Positions 20,727 through 30,983 are shown, counted from the first letter of the stretch. The stretch is 64,000 nucleotides of DNA from an uncultured Actinomycetota bacterium (GCA_963718235.1 CAVQYR010000002.1:512001-576000); one strand, 5' to 3'. Notes: generated by a model from the sequence alone, not told the origin. A program made the numbers and translations.

Positions 20727-20909
20727 GCGGCCTCCATAGGTGGGGGAACGGCAGGGTCAATCTAGGCCTCACCAGCTGTTGCCCGCCTGCGTCCGATAGA
20801 CCAGCTGCGCCACGACGCGCCGGACCCCTCGTCGCCTCCTGGGCGCCCTTTGCTGTGAAGATGGCGGGCAGCAGATGACGGCCTCACCGTTTGGCGACCA
20901 GGAGTGACG

Positions 20910-23336
20910 ATGTCGACCTCAGCGCACCAGTTGGCGTGGACCTCCGGCCGAACCCGGGTCAGCCTGGTCGTGGGGCTGCTCGCCACCACGAGCGTCCTCC
21001 TCGGTGTGCCTCAGCTGGCAGGGGCCGCCGCGGCGGACCGAGCCGTCCCTGCTCCCACTCCGAGCTACCAGGTGACGATCGTGGCGCGCACCTGCGACTC
21101 GTTCGCCTCGATCATGGCCAACCGGGCCCGGAACAACATCCAGGAGAGCCTGCAGGACCTCGGCCCCGACACGCTCTACTCCAGTGGTCAGCCGGTGAGT
21201 CCCAGGGTCGAGGACGTCAACGCCACCACCCAGGTGGCCGGCTGCGACCCGCTGGCCGGGTGGAGGTTCCAGCTGGGCACGGGGATCGCCGGCAAGTCGG
21301 ACTTCCTCAGCCAGGTCAGCAACCCGTACGCACCTCCGCCCGGACCGACCACTGCGTCGGTGCCCGAGCTGGATCCACAGGGTCAGCCAACCGGCCGCAC
21401 CGTCCAGGGCGCGCGCACCATCACGTTGACCTCGGCCCAGGCCCAGCTCGCCCAGCAGTCGAGCCGGTTGTGGATCCAGGGCGGCGTGGTGGGAGACCCC
21501 CTGCTGGACAACCCGCCGTCCCCCTTCGACCCGCCGCAGGCGTTCGGCGCCCTGCGCTGCGCGGTCGACAACCTCAACGGCGACAACGTCGAGTGGATCG
21601 GCTTCCCGAGCGGGGCCACCCACGTGTTCTGCTACTACTTCGCAGTCAGCCCTCCGCCTGAGGCGGCGACCATCCGCGTCGTCAAGCAGCTTCCGGGCTC
21701 CGAGGCGCCGGTCAACCGCACCTTCGGGTTCGCCGGCAACGTCAGCTACGTGCCGGGGCCGACCGGAGACCCCAACGACAACCCCTTCGGTGTCCCCGTC
21801 AACGGCCGGACCGGGTCGGTCGACTTCGTCCGGGCTGCCGACACGTCGGCCCCATGGACGTTGTACGAGCAGGAGGACCCCGACTGGGCGCTGACCAACG
21901 CAGACTGCCGGTCCCGAGACGGCACCAGCACGATCACGCCACCCGGAACGGTGCAACAGGGCCCGGCGGGGAGGTTCGCCGTCACCCTCGGCGCGGGCGA
22001 CCTGGTCACGTGCACCTTCACCAACGTGCGCGACATCGCCGGCCTCGCGATCGAGAAGGTCACCGAGGAGGGCACGGGCACGTTCGACTTCCGGGCCAGC
22101 AGCCCGAGCGGTCTGAACACGGCCTCGGCGTCGGTCACCACTCTCCAGCCGGGAGACCCGGTCCGCGCGCTGGAGATCACCGGCGCCTCGGGCACCTTCA
22201 CTGCCCAGGAGGACCTGCCCTCGGGCGTGGCCGCCGGCGCGTGGACGATCAGCCGGGTGTCGTGCAACGGCACCGACCTCTCACCGACTCCGGTCGTCGG
22301 CCAGCCAGCAAGCGGCACGATCGCCCCGGGGGCGAACGTCTTGTGCACCGTCTACAACAGCCCGCAAGGGTCGATCACCGTCCGCAAGACCTCCGAGGGA
22401 GGCACTGGAACGTTCTCCTTCGTCATCGTCCCCCTGGGGGGCTTCCCCCTCGACGGAACGGGCGGCAACGTCGGTCTGAGCGCGACGACGAACCAGCAGG
22501 GTGTGCGTGTCCCTGCAACGCCCACGGACGGGTCCAACACCGGCCTGCCCTTCCAGCGCTACGCCGTCGTCGAGCTCGCACCGCCCAGCGAGCCGAGCGG
22601 GACGTGGCGGCTCACCGAGGCCACGTGTGACGCGTCGGACAGCACGTCGGTGCGCTCGGCCGGCCTCATCGGTGCCGCCTTCACCCTCTCGCCGGCGGAT
22701 CCGACAGTGACCTGCGACTTCACCGACGAGCTGGTGCCAGCCGCCGCGCTCCAGGTGGTGAAGACCGTGTCCGGCGACGCCTCGGCCCGAACGGGTGAGG
22801 TGCTGGTCTCGGTCCAGTGCAACGACGCGACGACGGCATCCCTGGTCGGACCTGCAGGGCGGCCCGGCCCGTTCTCGTTGCCTCAGCGCCTCGTCTTCAC
22901 CGACTTCCTGTGGAACGCCCAGGACGAGCCGACGCTGTCGTGTCGCGTCCGGGAGGCCGAGACCGGAGTCGCCGACGGGGCGACCGTCGCCACCGAGTGG
23001 ACGGTCGTGACCGACGGGGTCCCGGCTCCGCCGACGTCCGGCGAGTCGGTCCGGGTCGACCCGACACCGGGACAGGTGGTCACGGTGCGGGTCGAGAACA
23101 CCTACCAGAGCGCCTCGGGGCCGACGCCGACACCGACCCCGTCGGGGACCGACGGCGGTGGAACGGGCGGGGCCGCCGGCGGAGGGGCGGGCGGTCCCCT
23201 TCCGGTCACGGGCCTGTCCGGCGCGCTGGCCCTCACCCTCGGGGCCGGCCTGGTGCTGCTCGTGCTGGGCGGGATCGCGCTGATCGTGTCCTACGGTCGT
23301 GGCCGCCGGACGGCGGAGCGCCCTCAGTCTTCGTAA
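20910..23336 (+). CDS. Secreted cell-surface protein with Ig-like repeats and an LPxTG sorting signal
   Basis: Signal peptide; four beta-rich Cys-paired repeats ending CTFTN, CTVYN, CDFTD and VENTY; PT/G linker; LPVTG followed by a TM segment and a basic tail. Confidence 0.75.
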   Translation: MSTSAHQLAWTSGRTRVSLVVGLLATTSVLLGVPQLAGAAAADRAVPAPTPSYQVTIVARTCDSFASIMANRARNNIQESLQDLGPDTLYSSGQPVSPRVEDVNATTQVAGCDPLAGWRFQLGTGIAGKSDFLSQVSNPYAPPPGPTTASVPELDPQGQPTGRTVQGARTITLTSAQAQLAQQSSRLWIQGGVVGDPLLDNPPSPFDPPQAFGALRCAVDNLNGDNVEWIGFPSGATHVFCYYFAVSPPPEAATIRVVKQLPGSEAPVNRTFGFAGNVSYVPGPTGDPNDNPFGVPVNGRTGSVDFVRAADTSAPWTLYEQEDPDWALTNADCRSRDGTSTITPPGTVQQGPAGRFAVTLGAGDLVTCTFTNVRDIAGLAIEKVTEEGTGTFDFRASSPSGLNTASASVTTLQPGDPVRALEITGASGTFTAQEDLPSGVAAGAWTISRVSCNGTDLSPTPVVGQPASGTIAPGANVLCTVYNSPQGSITVRKTSEGGTGTFSFVIVPLGGFPLDGTGGNVGLSATTNQQGVRVPATPTDGSNTGLPFQRYAVVELAPPSEPSGTWRLTEATCDASDSTSVRSAGLIGAAFTLSPADPTVTCDFTDELVPAAALQVVKTVSGDASARTGEVLVSVQCNDATTASLVGPAGRPGPFSLPQRLVFTDFLWNAQDEPTLSCRVREAETGVADGATVATEWTVVTDGVPAPPTSGESVRVDPTPGQVVTVRVENTYQSASGPTPTPTPSGTDGGGTGGAAGGGAGGPLPVTGLSGALALTLGAGLVLLVLGGIALIVSYGRGRRTAERPQSS

Positions 23337-23406
23337 CCCGGTACCCCGAGGGGCTGGCGGTGCCGCGCGGGCGCGGCCATGCTGTCAGCGTCGAGAGGGG
23401 CTCCGG

Positions 23407-25296
23407 ATGGGTGTCGAGTCCGATCAGGTGACCGGTTCCGCGCCGACGAGCACGCGTCCGGGTCCGACGCTGGACCCTCTCGTGATGACCCCGGAGGAGA
23501 TGCGTCGGACCGGCTACGCCGTCGTGGACGCCATGGTGGGGTGGGCCGACCAGCCGGACCCGGTCATTCGACGGGCCGACCCCGAGTCCATGCAGGCATG
23601 CCTGCACACGGCGTGCCCCGAGGTCGGCGTCGGCATGGACGACGTCCTGGAGCGGCTGTGCCACGACGTGCTTCCCTTCGCGAGCAAGGTCGGTCACCCG
23701 GGCTACTTCGCCTACATCCCCGGCTCGACGACCTGGCCGTCGGCACTGGCGGAGTTCATGGCCAACGTCACCAACGTCTACTGCGGCTCGTGGATGGAGG
23801 CGGCCGGACCGAGCCAGCTGGAGCTCACGGTGCTCGACTGGTTCCGGGACTGGCTCGGGATGCCGCCGGAAAGCGACGGCGTCCTCGTGTCGGGCGGGTC
23901 GGCGTCCAACCTGACCGCGTTGGCTGCTGCCCGCGAGCTCCGGCTCGGTCCGATGAGCAAGCACGCGGTCATCTACTGCGCCGACCAGGCGCACTCGTCG
24001 GTGGGGCGTGCGGCGCGGGTGCTCGGTTTCCGTCCCGACCAGGTGCACGTCATACCCTCCGACGACCGCTTTCGGCTGCGACCTGAGGCGTTGCGGGCGG
24101 CGATCGAGTTCGACCTGGCCGGTGGGCGTCAGCCGTTGGTCGTGTGCGCTGCGGCCGGGTCGACCAACACCGGAAGCGTCGACCCCATGCACGAGATCGC
24201 TGACCTGTGCGCCGAGCTGGGCGTGTGGATGCACGTCGACGCGGCCTACGGCGGCTTCGCCGCCCTGACCGAGCGTGGTGCAGCAGCACTGGACGGGATC
24301 GAGCGCGCCGACTCGGTCACGCTCGACCCGCACAAGTGGCTGTTCCAGCCAATGGAGTGTGGTGCCTTGCTGGTCCGCGAGCACGGGGCACTGGAGAAGG
24401 CGTTCGGGGTCCTTCCGGACTACCTCGCCGATGCCGACGCCCACGGCACCGAGGTGAACTTCAGCGACCGCGGGCTCCAGCTGACCCGCAATGCGAGGGC
24501 GCTGAAGGTGTGGGCGTCCCTCTCGGCGTTCGGGGTGTCGGCGTTCCGCAGCGTCGTCGACCGGAGCCTCGACCTGGTCGGGGTAGCCCAGCAGTGCATC
24601 GAGTCGGACCCCGACCTCGAGCTGATGAACCCCGCAAGCCTGGGCATCGTGTGCTTCCGGCGCAGGGTGGACGGACTGAGCGAGGCCCAGACGGCGCGGG
24701 TGAACCTGTGGCTGGCGGGCGAGCTGGAGGCAACCGGTCGGGCGATGGTCTCCTCCACCCGTCTGCACGGTCGATTCGCCCTGCGGATGTGCGTGCTGAA
24801 CCACCTCACCCAGGAGGAGGACGTCCGCTGGACCCTCGACTACCTCGCGCGCACCCCGATCCCGTCCCGGCTCTTGGTCGACGACGTCGATGGTTCAGCC
24901 GGCTGGGCCGCGCTGCCCCTGCTGTCCCTCCTGACCGAGGAGGGAGTGGACTTCCTGGTGAACCACTCCTTCCGGCGTACGTTCTCGGCGGGGTCGACGA
25001 TCGTGTCGCAGTGGGCCACCGACCGTGACTTCTACGTGGTGCTCGACGGCAAGGTCGCGGTGAGCGTGGACGGCGAGCTCGTGCGGACCCTCGAGCAGGG
25101 GGACTTCTTCGGCGAGATCGCCGCATCGGACTGGGGAAGCGGCTACGGCTACGTGCGGCTGGCCGACGTCCGGGCCGAGTCCGAGGCCGACCTGATGCTT
25201 GTACCTGCGGAGGCACTGGCCAAGCTGATGGGTTCCGAGCCCGCCTTCCGCGAACGTGTCCTCACTGCTCGCTCCGACCGGCTCGCGCAGATGTGA
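23407..25296 (+). CDS. Group II PLP-dependent (aromatic/glutamate-type) decarboxylase fused to a C-terminal cyclic-nucleotide-binding domain
   Basis: HPGYFAYIP, GGSASNL, AHSSV, GSTNTGSVDP, HVDAAYGG, DPHKW; C-terminal FYVVLDGKVAV...GDFFGEIA...RLADVRA. Confidence 0.88.
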   Translation: MGVESDQVTGSAPTSTRPGPTLDPLVMTPEEMRRTGYAVVDAMVGWADQPDPVIRRADPESMQACLHTACPEVGVGMDDVLERLCHDVLPFASKVGHPGYFAYIPGSTTWPSALAEFMANVTNVYCGSWMEAAGPSQLELTVLDWFRDWLGMPPESDGVLVSGGSASNLTALAAARELRLGPMSKHAVIYCADQAHSSVGRAARVLGFRPDQVHVIPSDDRFRLRPEALRAAIEFDLAGGRQPLVVCAAAGSTNTGSVDPMHEIADLCAELGVWMHVDAAYGGFAALTERGAAALDGIERADSVTLDPHKWLFQPMECGALLVREHGALEKAFGVLPDYLADADAHGTEVNFSDRGLQLTRNARALKVWASLSAFGVSAFRSVVDRSLDLVGVAQQCIESDPDLELMNPASLGIVCFRRRVDGLSEAQTARVNLWLAGELEATGRAMVSSTRLHGRFALRMCVLNHLTQEEDVRWTLDYLARTPIPSRLLVDDVDGSAGWAALPLLSLLTEEGVDFLVNHSFRRTFSAGSTIVSQWATDRDFYVVLDGKVAVSVDGELVRTLEQGDFFGEIAASDWGSGYGYVRLADVRAESEADLMLVPAEALAKLMGSEPAFRERVLTARSDRLAQM

Positions 25297-25327
25297 GGAC
25301 CTGGAGCAACCAGGGGACGAGAGGCAC

Positions 25328-25972
25328 ATGAGATTCCGCGACCGACGGGACGCCGGGCGTCAGCTCGCGGCGTCCCTCGCCTGGGTCCGACCGGAGCATC
25401 CGGTCGTGCTCGGTCTCCTGCGCGGGGGCGTACCCGTCGCCTTCGAGGTGGCTCGAGGGCTCGGGGCTCCGCTGGACGTGGTGATCGTTCGGAAGGTCGG
25501 GGTGCCCGGCCAGCCGGAGCTGGCGATGGGTGCGGTCGGCGAGGAGGATGCGCGGGTCCGCAACGCGTCGGTGATCCACGACGCCGGCGTGACCGTGACC
25601 CAGCTGGAGGCGGCCGAACGTGAAGCGGAGGCGCAGGTGAGGATCCGCGCCGGAGCCGTGCGCCGAGTCAAGCCACGCATCCCGCTGAAGGGGCGCACGG
25701 TGGTCATCGTCGACGACGGGGTGGCCACGGGGTCGACGGCACGCGCGGCGTGCCAGGTGGTTCGGACCGAGGGGGCAGGGCGTGTCGTCCTCGCCGTGCC
25801 GGTCGCCCCCGCCGAGACGGTCGTTGCGCTTCGGGAGGTGGCCGACGAGGTGGTGTGTCTCGACGTGCCGAGTCCCTTCTACTCCGTCGGTCAGTTCTAC
25901 GACGACTTCACCCAGGTCGAGGACGACGCCGTGATCGCCTGCTTGCGCGAGGTCGACCCGACCGAGGCGTAG
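25328..25972 (+). CDS. Type I phosphoribosyltransferase family protein
   Basis: FRDRRDAGRQLA, RGGVPVA, VRKVGVP, VIVDDGVATGST, FYDDFTQV. Confidence 0.88.
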   Translation: MRFRDRRDAGRQLAASLAWVRPEHPVVLGLLRGGVPVAFEVARGLGAPLDVVIVRKVGVPGQPELAMGAVGEEDARVRNASVIHDAGVTVTQLEAAEREAEAQVRIRAGAVRRVKPRIPLKGRTVVIVDDGVATGSTARAACQVVRTEGAGRVVLAVPVAPAETVVALREVADEVVCLDVPSPFYSVGQFYDDFTQVEDDAVIACLREVDPTEA

Positions 25973-25986
25973 TGCTGGGCTTCGGC

Positions 25987-26583
25987 TCAGCGGGAGTCGA
26001 ACCAGGCTGGGAATCCATGGAGGTCGTCCAGGATCACGTCGGGGCTCACCTCCTCCAGAGACTCGCGGCTCACTCCTCCGGTGAGGACCACCACCGAGAC
26101 GGCATCGGCCGCGCGCGCGGCCGCCACGTCGGCCCAGTGGTCCCCGACGTACACGTCGGCCTGCCACTCGCGCAGGGCGATCGCCTTGTCGACCCCCCAC
26201 AGGTCCCCGACGAGGGCGTCGGTCGCCAGCCGGGACGCCGTCATCGTGACCTCGGCCAGTGGCTGGTGCTTCGCCGTGACCACCACGACTCGACCGCCGC
26301 TGGCCTGGACCGCAGCGATGGCCCGGCGCGCGCCGGGCATCGCGGTGGCCATGGCGGCACCGAACTTCGCCATGTGGACGCGGAACCGGCGAACGGCGTC
26401 ATCGACGTCTTCGTCACCGAAGGCGTCGAGCAGTGCGTCGCGAACCGGAGGTCCGAGCTGCTGAACGATCGCGTCGGCGTCGATCGTGCGCCCGGTCTCG
26501 TCGGCCAGCGCGTCCAGACTGGCCCGGATGCCGGCGCGGGAGTCGACGAGGGTCATGTCCAGGTCGAACCCGACGGTCAACAC
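25987..26583 (-). CDS. HAD-superfamily phosphatase
   Basis: FDLDMTLVDS, VVTAK, YVGDHWAD. Confidence 0.85.
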   Translation of the reverse strand: MLTVGFDLDMTLVDSRAGIRASLDALADETGRTIDADAIVQQLGPPVRDALLDAFGDEDVDDAVRRFRVHMAKFGAAMATAMPGARRAIAAVQASGGRVVVVTAKHQPLAEVTMTASRLATDALVGDLWGVDKAIALREWQADVYVGDHWADVAAARAADAVSVVVLTGGVSRESLEEVSPDVILDDLHGFPAWFDSR

Positions 26584-26610
26584 AGCGCCAGCCTAATGAG
26601 CGGTCGTCGG

Positions 26611-27075
26611 CTACCGGGTCGACGGGGGAGCCGGGACGGCGCGACCGAGAGCCTGGCCGGACAGGCTCGTCGCGATGGAACGGGCCCAGCGCCGCACGTC
26701 CGCGTCCCCCTCGTCCTCCGTGGAGAACGTCGCATGGTCGCGGGCCCGCAGACGCAGCATCGCCTGCACGGCCCCACGCACCGGAACGTCGGACAGCGCC
26801 TCGCCTGCGGGCACCGAGCTGAAGAGCCAGACCGGGCGCCGGAGCAGAGCCACCGCGTGGCGACGGGCGAACCGGCGGGCGTCGTCGTGCCAGTGGGACG
26901 CGAACACCGCGCCACCCAGCACGACGGCGTCGTACCCGTCGACGAGGTGGATCTCGAGGGCAGGTGCGACGTCGACGACGAAGTGGTGGCGGCGCAGCTC
27001 GTCGGCGACGACCTCGGCGACGTGCCGCGTACCGCCGTTCGACGTGCCGTACGTCACCAGGACCCGATGGCTCAC
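26611..27075 (-). CDS. Flavodoxin-domain protein (HemG/Flavodoxin_5-like)
   Basis: VLVTYGTSNGGTRHVAE, YDAVVLGGAV, PVWLFSS, VRRWA; GGAGG upstream of the GTG. Confidence 0.75.
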   Translation of the reverse strand: MSHRVLVTYGTSNGGTRHVAEVVADELRRHHFVVDVAPALEIHLVDGYDAVVLGGAVFASHWHDDARRFARRHAVALLRRPVWLFSSVPAGEALSDVPVRGAVQAMLRLRARDHATFSTEDEGDADVRRWARSIATSLSGQALGRAVPAPPSTR

Positions 27076-27168
27076 CCGGCACCTCCCCTCGCTGACAACC
27101 GGATCTCTCGATGTCAGCACGCCCGCTGCGGCGGCGATACGGTCCAAAGACCCGAAGCGGGGCTCAGG

Positions 27169-29394
27169 TCACCCCGGGTCGGGGTCGAACCGACGGAGGC
27201 GAAGGCTGTTGGTGACCACGAAGACGCTGGAGAAGGCCATGGCGGCCCCCGCGATCAGCGGGTTGAGCAGACCCGCGGCGGCCAGCGGGATCGCCGCCAC
27301 GTTGTAGGCGAAGGCCCAGAACAGGTTGCCCTTGATCGTGGCCAGGACCCGCCGCGAGAGCTGGATGGCCTGCGGCACGGCCTGGAGGTCACCGCGGACG
27401 AGGGTCAGATCGCTGGCCTCGATCGCCACATCGGTCCCGGTACCCATCGAGATCCCGAGGTCGGCCTGGGCGAGCCCGGCAGCGTCATTGACCCCGTCAC
27501 CCACCATCGCCACGACCCGGCCCTGCTCCTGCAGCTCGCGGACGGCAGCGACCTTGCCTGCCGGGAGCACATCGGCGATGACGGTGTCGATCCCGACCTC
27601 CTGGGCGACACTGGCCGCGGCCCGGCGGTTGTCCCCGGTGAGCAGGACCGGGCGAAGCCCCATCTCCTTGAGCTGGGCCACCGCTGCGGCACTGGTCGGT
27701 TTCACCGTGTCGGCCACGACGAGCAGCCCGAGCACGACGCCGTCACCGCCGACCGCGACGACGGTGCGTCCGGCCGCCTCGGCCCGCTCGTACTGCGCGG
27801 CCAGGGCGGCCGGCAGACCCAGCGCCCAGGACTCCCGAAGCCACGACGGGCGCCCCGCGGCGACGGCTCGTCCGGCAACGACCCCCTGCACGCCCAGGCC
27901 CGCGACGCCGGCGAAGTCGCTGACCTCGGGAAGTGGCCCTACCCGGTCCTCGGCGGCAGCAGCGATCGCTCGTCCGACCGGATGCTCCGAGGCATGCTCG
28001 ACCGCACCCGCAAGGAGCAGCAGGTCATCCAGGCCCGTACCGTCAGCCGGGACGACGTCTACGAGACGCATTCGGCCCTCGGTCACCGTTCCGGTCTTGT
28101 CGAGGACGACGGTGTCGACCCGCCGGGTCGACTCGAGCATCTCCGGTCCCTTGATCAGGATCCCGAGCTGAGCGCCGCGACCGGTGCCGACCAGTAGTGC
28201 CGTCGGCGTGGCCAGGCCCAGGGCGCACGGGCACGCGATGATCAAGACCGCGACGGCCGCGCTGAACGCCATCGTGGCGCTCTCGCCCTGGAGCAGCCAG
28301 AAGAGCAGCGTCGCCAGTGAGATCGCGATGACGATCGGGACGAACACCGCGGACACCCGGTCCGCCAGACGCTGGACCGGGGCCTTGCCGCTCTGAGCCT
28401 GGGTCACCAGGCGAGCCATGGCCGCGAGCTGGGTGTCCTCACCCACCCGGGTCGCCTCGACAACCAGCCGCCCGCCGACGTTGACGCACCCGCCGACGAC
28501 GGGTTCGGAAGGCCCGACCTCGACGGGCACGCTCTCGCCGGTGAGCATCGAGGCGTCGACCGCCGACGTGCCGTCGCGCACCACGCCGTCCGTGGCGATC
28601 TTCTCTCCCGGTCGGACCACGAAGCGGTTGCCCACGGCGAGCTGTTCGATGGGCACGCGCACCTCGTGCCCATCGCGCACCAGGGTGACGTCCTTCGCAC
28701 CGAGGCGCAGCAACGCATGCAGGGCAGCACCGGACCGTCGCTTGGCACGGGCCTCGAGATAGCGACCGGTGAGGACGAAGACGGTCACCCCGGCGGCAAC
28801 CTCGAGATAGAGCTCGTCGGTGCTGCCCCGGCTGGCATCGGTGTGGAACGACATCGTCATGCCGGAGTCACCGGCGTCACCGAAGAACAACGAGTACAGC
28901 GACCAGCCGAACGCAGCAAGCACGCCCACGCTGATCAGGGTGTCCATCGTGGTGGTGCCGTGCCGCAGGTTGGTCCATGCAGCACGGTGAAAGGGCCAGG
29001 CACCCCACACCACGACAGGCGCGCTGAGGGTCAGGGCCAGCCACTGCCAGTTGCGGAACTGCAGGGCGGGAACCATCGACAAGACCACGACCGGGACGGT
29101 CAGGATCAGGCAGATCTGCAGGCGCTGCCGCAACGATCGGGTCGGGTCGTCCAGGTCGCTACCGGGAGCTTCGTCGGGCGAGGGGACGGGGAGCTGCGCG
29201 TGGTACCCGAGCGCCGCCACCGTGTCGAGAAGGTCGTCAGGGCTCACCGCGCTGTCGAAGGTCACGAACGCCTGCTCGGTGGCGTAGTTGACGTTTGCTG
29301 ACACGCCGTCCATCCGGTTGAGCTTCTTCTCGATCCGGGAGGCGCACGACGCGCACGTCATCCCCGTGATCTCCAGCTCCACCGAGCGGCTCAT
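27169..29394 (-). CDS. copA: Copper-translocating P1B-type ATPase
   Basis: GMTCASC, TGES, CPCALGLATP, DKTGT, SEHP, GDGVND, YN and MAFSS Cu(I)-type TM signatures. Confidence 0.93.
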   Translation of the reverse strand: MSRSVELEITGMTCASCASRIEKKLNRMDGVSANVNYATEQAFVTFDSAVSPDDLLDTVAALGYHAQLPVPSPDEAPGSDLDDPTRSLRQRLQICLILTVPVVVLSMVPALQFRNWQWLALTLSAPVVVWGAWPFHRAAWTNLRHGTTTMDTLISVGVLAAFGWSLYSLFFGDAGDSGMTMSFHTDASRGSTDELYLEVAAGVTVFVLTGRYLEARAKRRSGAALHALLRLGAKDVTLVRDGHEVRVPIEQLAVGNRFVVRPGEKIATDGVVRDGTSAVDASMLTGESVPVEVGPSEPVVGGCVNVGGRLVVEATRVGEDTQLAAMARLVTQAQSGKAPVQRLADRVSAVFVPIVIAISLATLLFWLLQGESATMAFSAAVAVLIIACPCALGLATPTALLVGTGRGAQLGILIKGPEMLESTRRVDTVVLDKTGTVTEGRMRLVDVVPADGTGLDDLLLLAGAVEHASEHPVGRAIAAAAEDRVGPLPEVSDFAGVAGLGVQGVVAGRAVAAGRPSWLRESWALGLPAALAAQYERAEAAGRTVVAVGGDGVVLGLLVVADTVKPTSAAAVAQLKEMGLRPVLLTGDNRRAAASVAQEVGIDTVIADVLPAGKVAAVRELQEQGRVVAMVGDGVNDAAGLAQADLGISMGTGTDVAIEASDLTLVRGDLQAVPQAIQLSRRVLATIKGNLFWAFAYNVAAIPLAAAGLLNPLIAGAAMAFSSVFVVTNSLRLRRFDPDPG

Positions 29395-29396
29395 GC

Positions 29397-29621
29397 TCAG
29401 TCCGCCAGCTCGTACCCGGCCTCGTCGACGGCCGCCGCGACCGCGGCCCGATCGAGCGGGCTGGTGCTCACGACGACGACCCGCCCGGACTCGAGCTCCA
29501 CGGTGACCGAGTCGACGTCACCGAGCGCGGTCAGCTCATCGGTCACCGCATGGACGCAGTGACCACAGGTCATCCCGTTGACGTGGTACTCGGTGGACAC
29601 CGTGGCGTGCTGATCGGACAT
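29397..29621 (-). CDS. copZ: Heavy-metal-associated (CopZ-like) chaperone
   Basis: GMTCGHC ... VDEAGY; AAGGAG RBS; directly upstream of copA. Confidence 0.88.
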   Translation of the reverse strand: MSDQHATVSTEYHVNGMTCGHCVHAVTDELTALGDVDSVTVELESGRVVVVSTSPLDRAAVAAAVDEAGYELAD

Positions 29622-29658
29622 GTCGCTCCTTCGTCGAAGAGCGAGTGGACCTGAACCC

Positions 29659-30045
29659 TCAGGTGCCGCCGCTCGTGGGTGCCCAAGCACGAACGATGTC
29701 ACGCATGGAGATGATTCCCACGACGTCGGCGTCCTGGATCACCACGAGGTGGCGGAAACCCCCTCGGCGCATCGTCTCAGCCGCCTCCTCCAGGGTCCAC
29801 GAGGGGTCGGCGTACGCCGCCTCGTAGGTCAGGTGCTCACCGGACTTGGCCTGGTCGACGTCGAGGCCGGCGGCGATGGCCCGGACGACGTCACGCTCGG
29901 TCAGGATGCCCGGTCCGTGCGCGTCGGTGTCGATCACCACCACTGAGCCGACGCTTCGGTCGGCCATGAATCGACTGGCGTCCCGAAGGGAGTGGGTCGG
30001 CCCCACGCTGACGACCTGGTCGGACATCGTGTCGCGGACCAGCAC
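29659..30045 (-). CDS. Tandem CBS-domain protein
   Basis: VRDTM, GILTERDV, MRRGGFRHLVV, GIISMRDIV. Confidence 0.88.
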   Translation of the reverse strand: MLVRDTMSDQVVSVGPTHSLRDASRFMADRSVGSVVVIDTDAHGPGILTERDVVRAIAAGLDVDQAKSGEHLTYEAAYADPSWTLEEAAETMRRGGFRHLVVIQDADVVGIISMRDIVRAWAPTSGGT

Positions 30046-30194
30046 GGCCCACCGCCTCTCGTTCGACCCGGCCCTCGGGTCGGCTGCGGGGCCCGCGAGT
30101 CACAGGTTCGTGGGCGGCGCCCTGCAGCCCTGAGCCTGTCCCGTCGGCGCGTCGGAGGCAAGGGGTTGCCCTCGACCGGTGGCCGGGGAGACTG

Positions 30195-30983
30195 GTGCAC
30201 ACTGGCCGGGTGGAGCGACAGGCAGTCCTGGTCATGGCGGTGCTGGGCTGGATCACCGTCACGTTGTTCGTCGACGCGACCGCTTCGCCTGCGACACAGG
30301 TGTTCCTCGGCGTGACGACGTGGCTGCTGCTCCTGGGGCTGCTCACCGCCGAGTCCTCCCTGGTCCGGGTCCAGGTCGCGGTCGTCGTCGCCTTCGCCAC
30401 GGTGGTGGAGTACACGTTCTCGCAGGGACTGGAGGTGTACGTCTACCGACTGGAGCACGTGCCGTCGTACGTGCCCCCGGGCCACGGTCTGGTGTACCTG
30501 GGTGCCCTGGCGTTCGCCCGGATCGGCTGGGCCCAGCGTCACGAGGGGTGGCTGTTGGTCGTAGCGGTCACGGCCGTCGCCGGCTATGCGCTCTTCGGGC
30601 TGTCACCGTGGGCGCCGCGTCCGGATGCCCTGGGCGCGTTCTGGGCCGTATGCCTGGTGGCCTTCATGATGTGGGGGCGCTCGCGCCTGGTGTACGTCGG
30701 CGCCTTCGTGGTCGTCACCTATCTCGAGCTCGTCGGCACCACCTGGGGCAACTGGACCTGGGGAACCCACGACCCGACCGGCTGGGTGACCATCGGCAAC
30801 CCGCCGAGCGGGGCGGCCGGCGGCTACGGGTGGTTCGACCTGGCGGCCCTGGTGGCCGCGCCCCTCCTGCTGAGACAGTGGTACGCGGTCTCAGCCCGCG
30901 TCCGCGGGATCCAGCAGCCCGAGTACCTCGCGGTGCAGCAGACCGTTGGTGCTCAAGGCGTTGCCGCCGACCAGCGGGTCTGA
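30195..30983 (+). CDS. Conserved hypothetical multi-pass membrane protein
   Basis: About 7 TM with YVYRLEHVPSYVPPGHGLVY and GNPPSG motifs; coding-like codon bias; 3' end overlaps hisN. Confidence 0.7.
   Translation: MHTGRVERQAVLVMAVLGWITVTLFVDATASPATQVFLGVTTWLLLLGLLTAESSLVRVQVAVVVAFATVVEYTFSQGLEVYVYRLEHVPSYVPPGHGLVYLGALAFARIGWAQRHEGWLLVVAVTAVAGYALFGLSPWAPRPDALGAFWAVCLVAFMMWGRSRLVYVGAFVVVTYLELVGTTWGNWTWGTHDPTGWVTIGNPPSGAAGGYGWFDLAALVAAPLLLRQWYAVSARVRGIQQPEYLAVQQTVGAQGVAADQRV

Noticed and set aside
30891-30983. 93-bp convergent overlap between the membrane protein gene and hisN
   Set aside because: The tail is simply the antisense reading of hisN; such run-on 3' overlaps are common where stop codons are rare.
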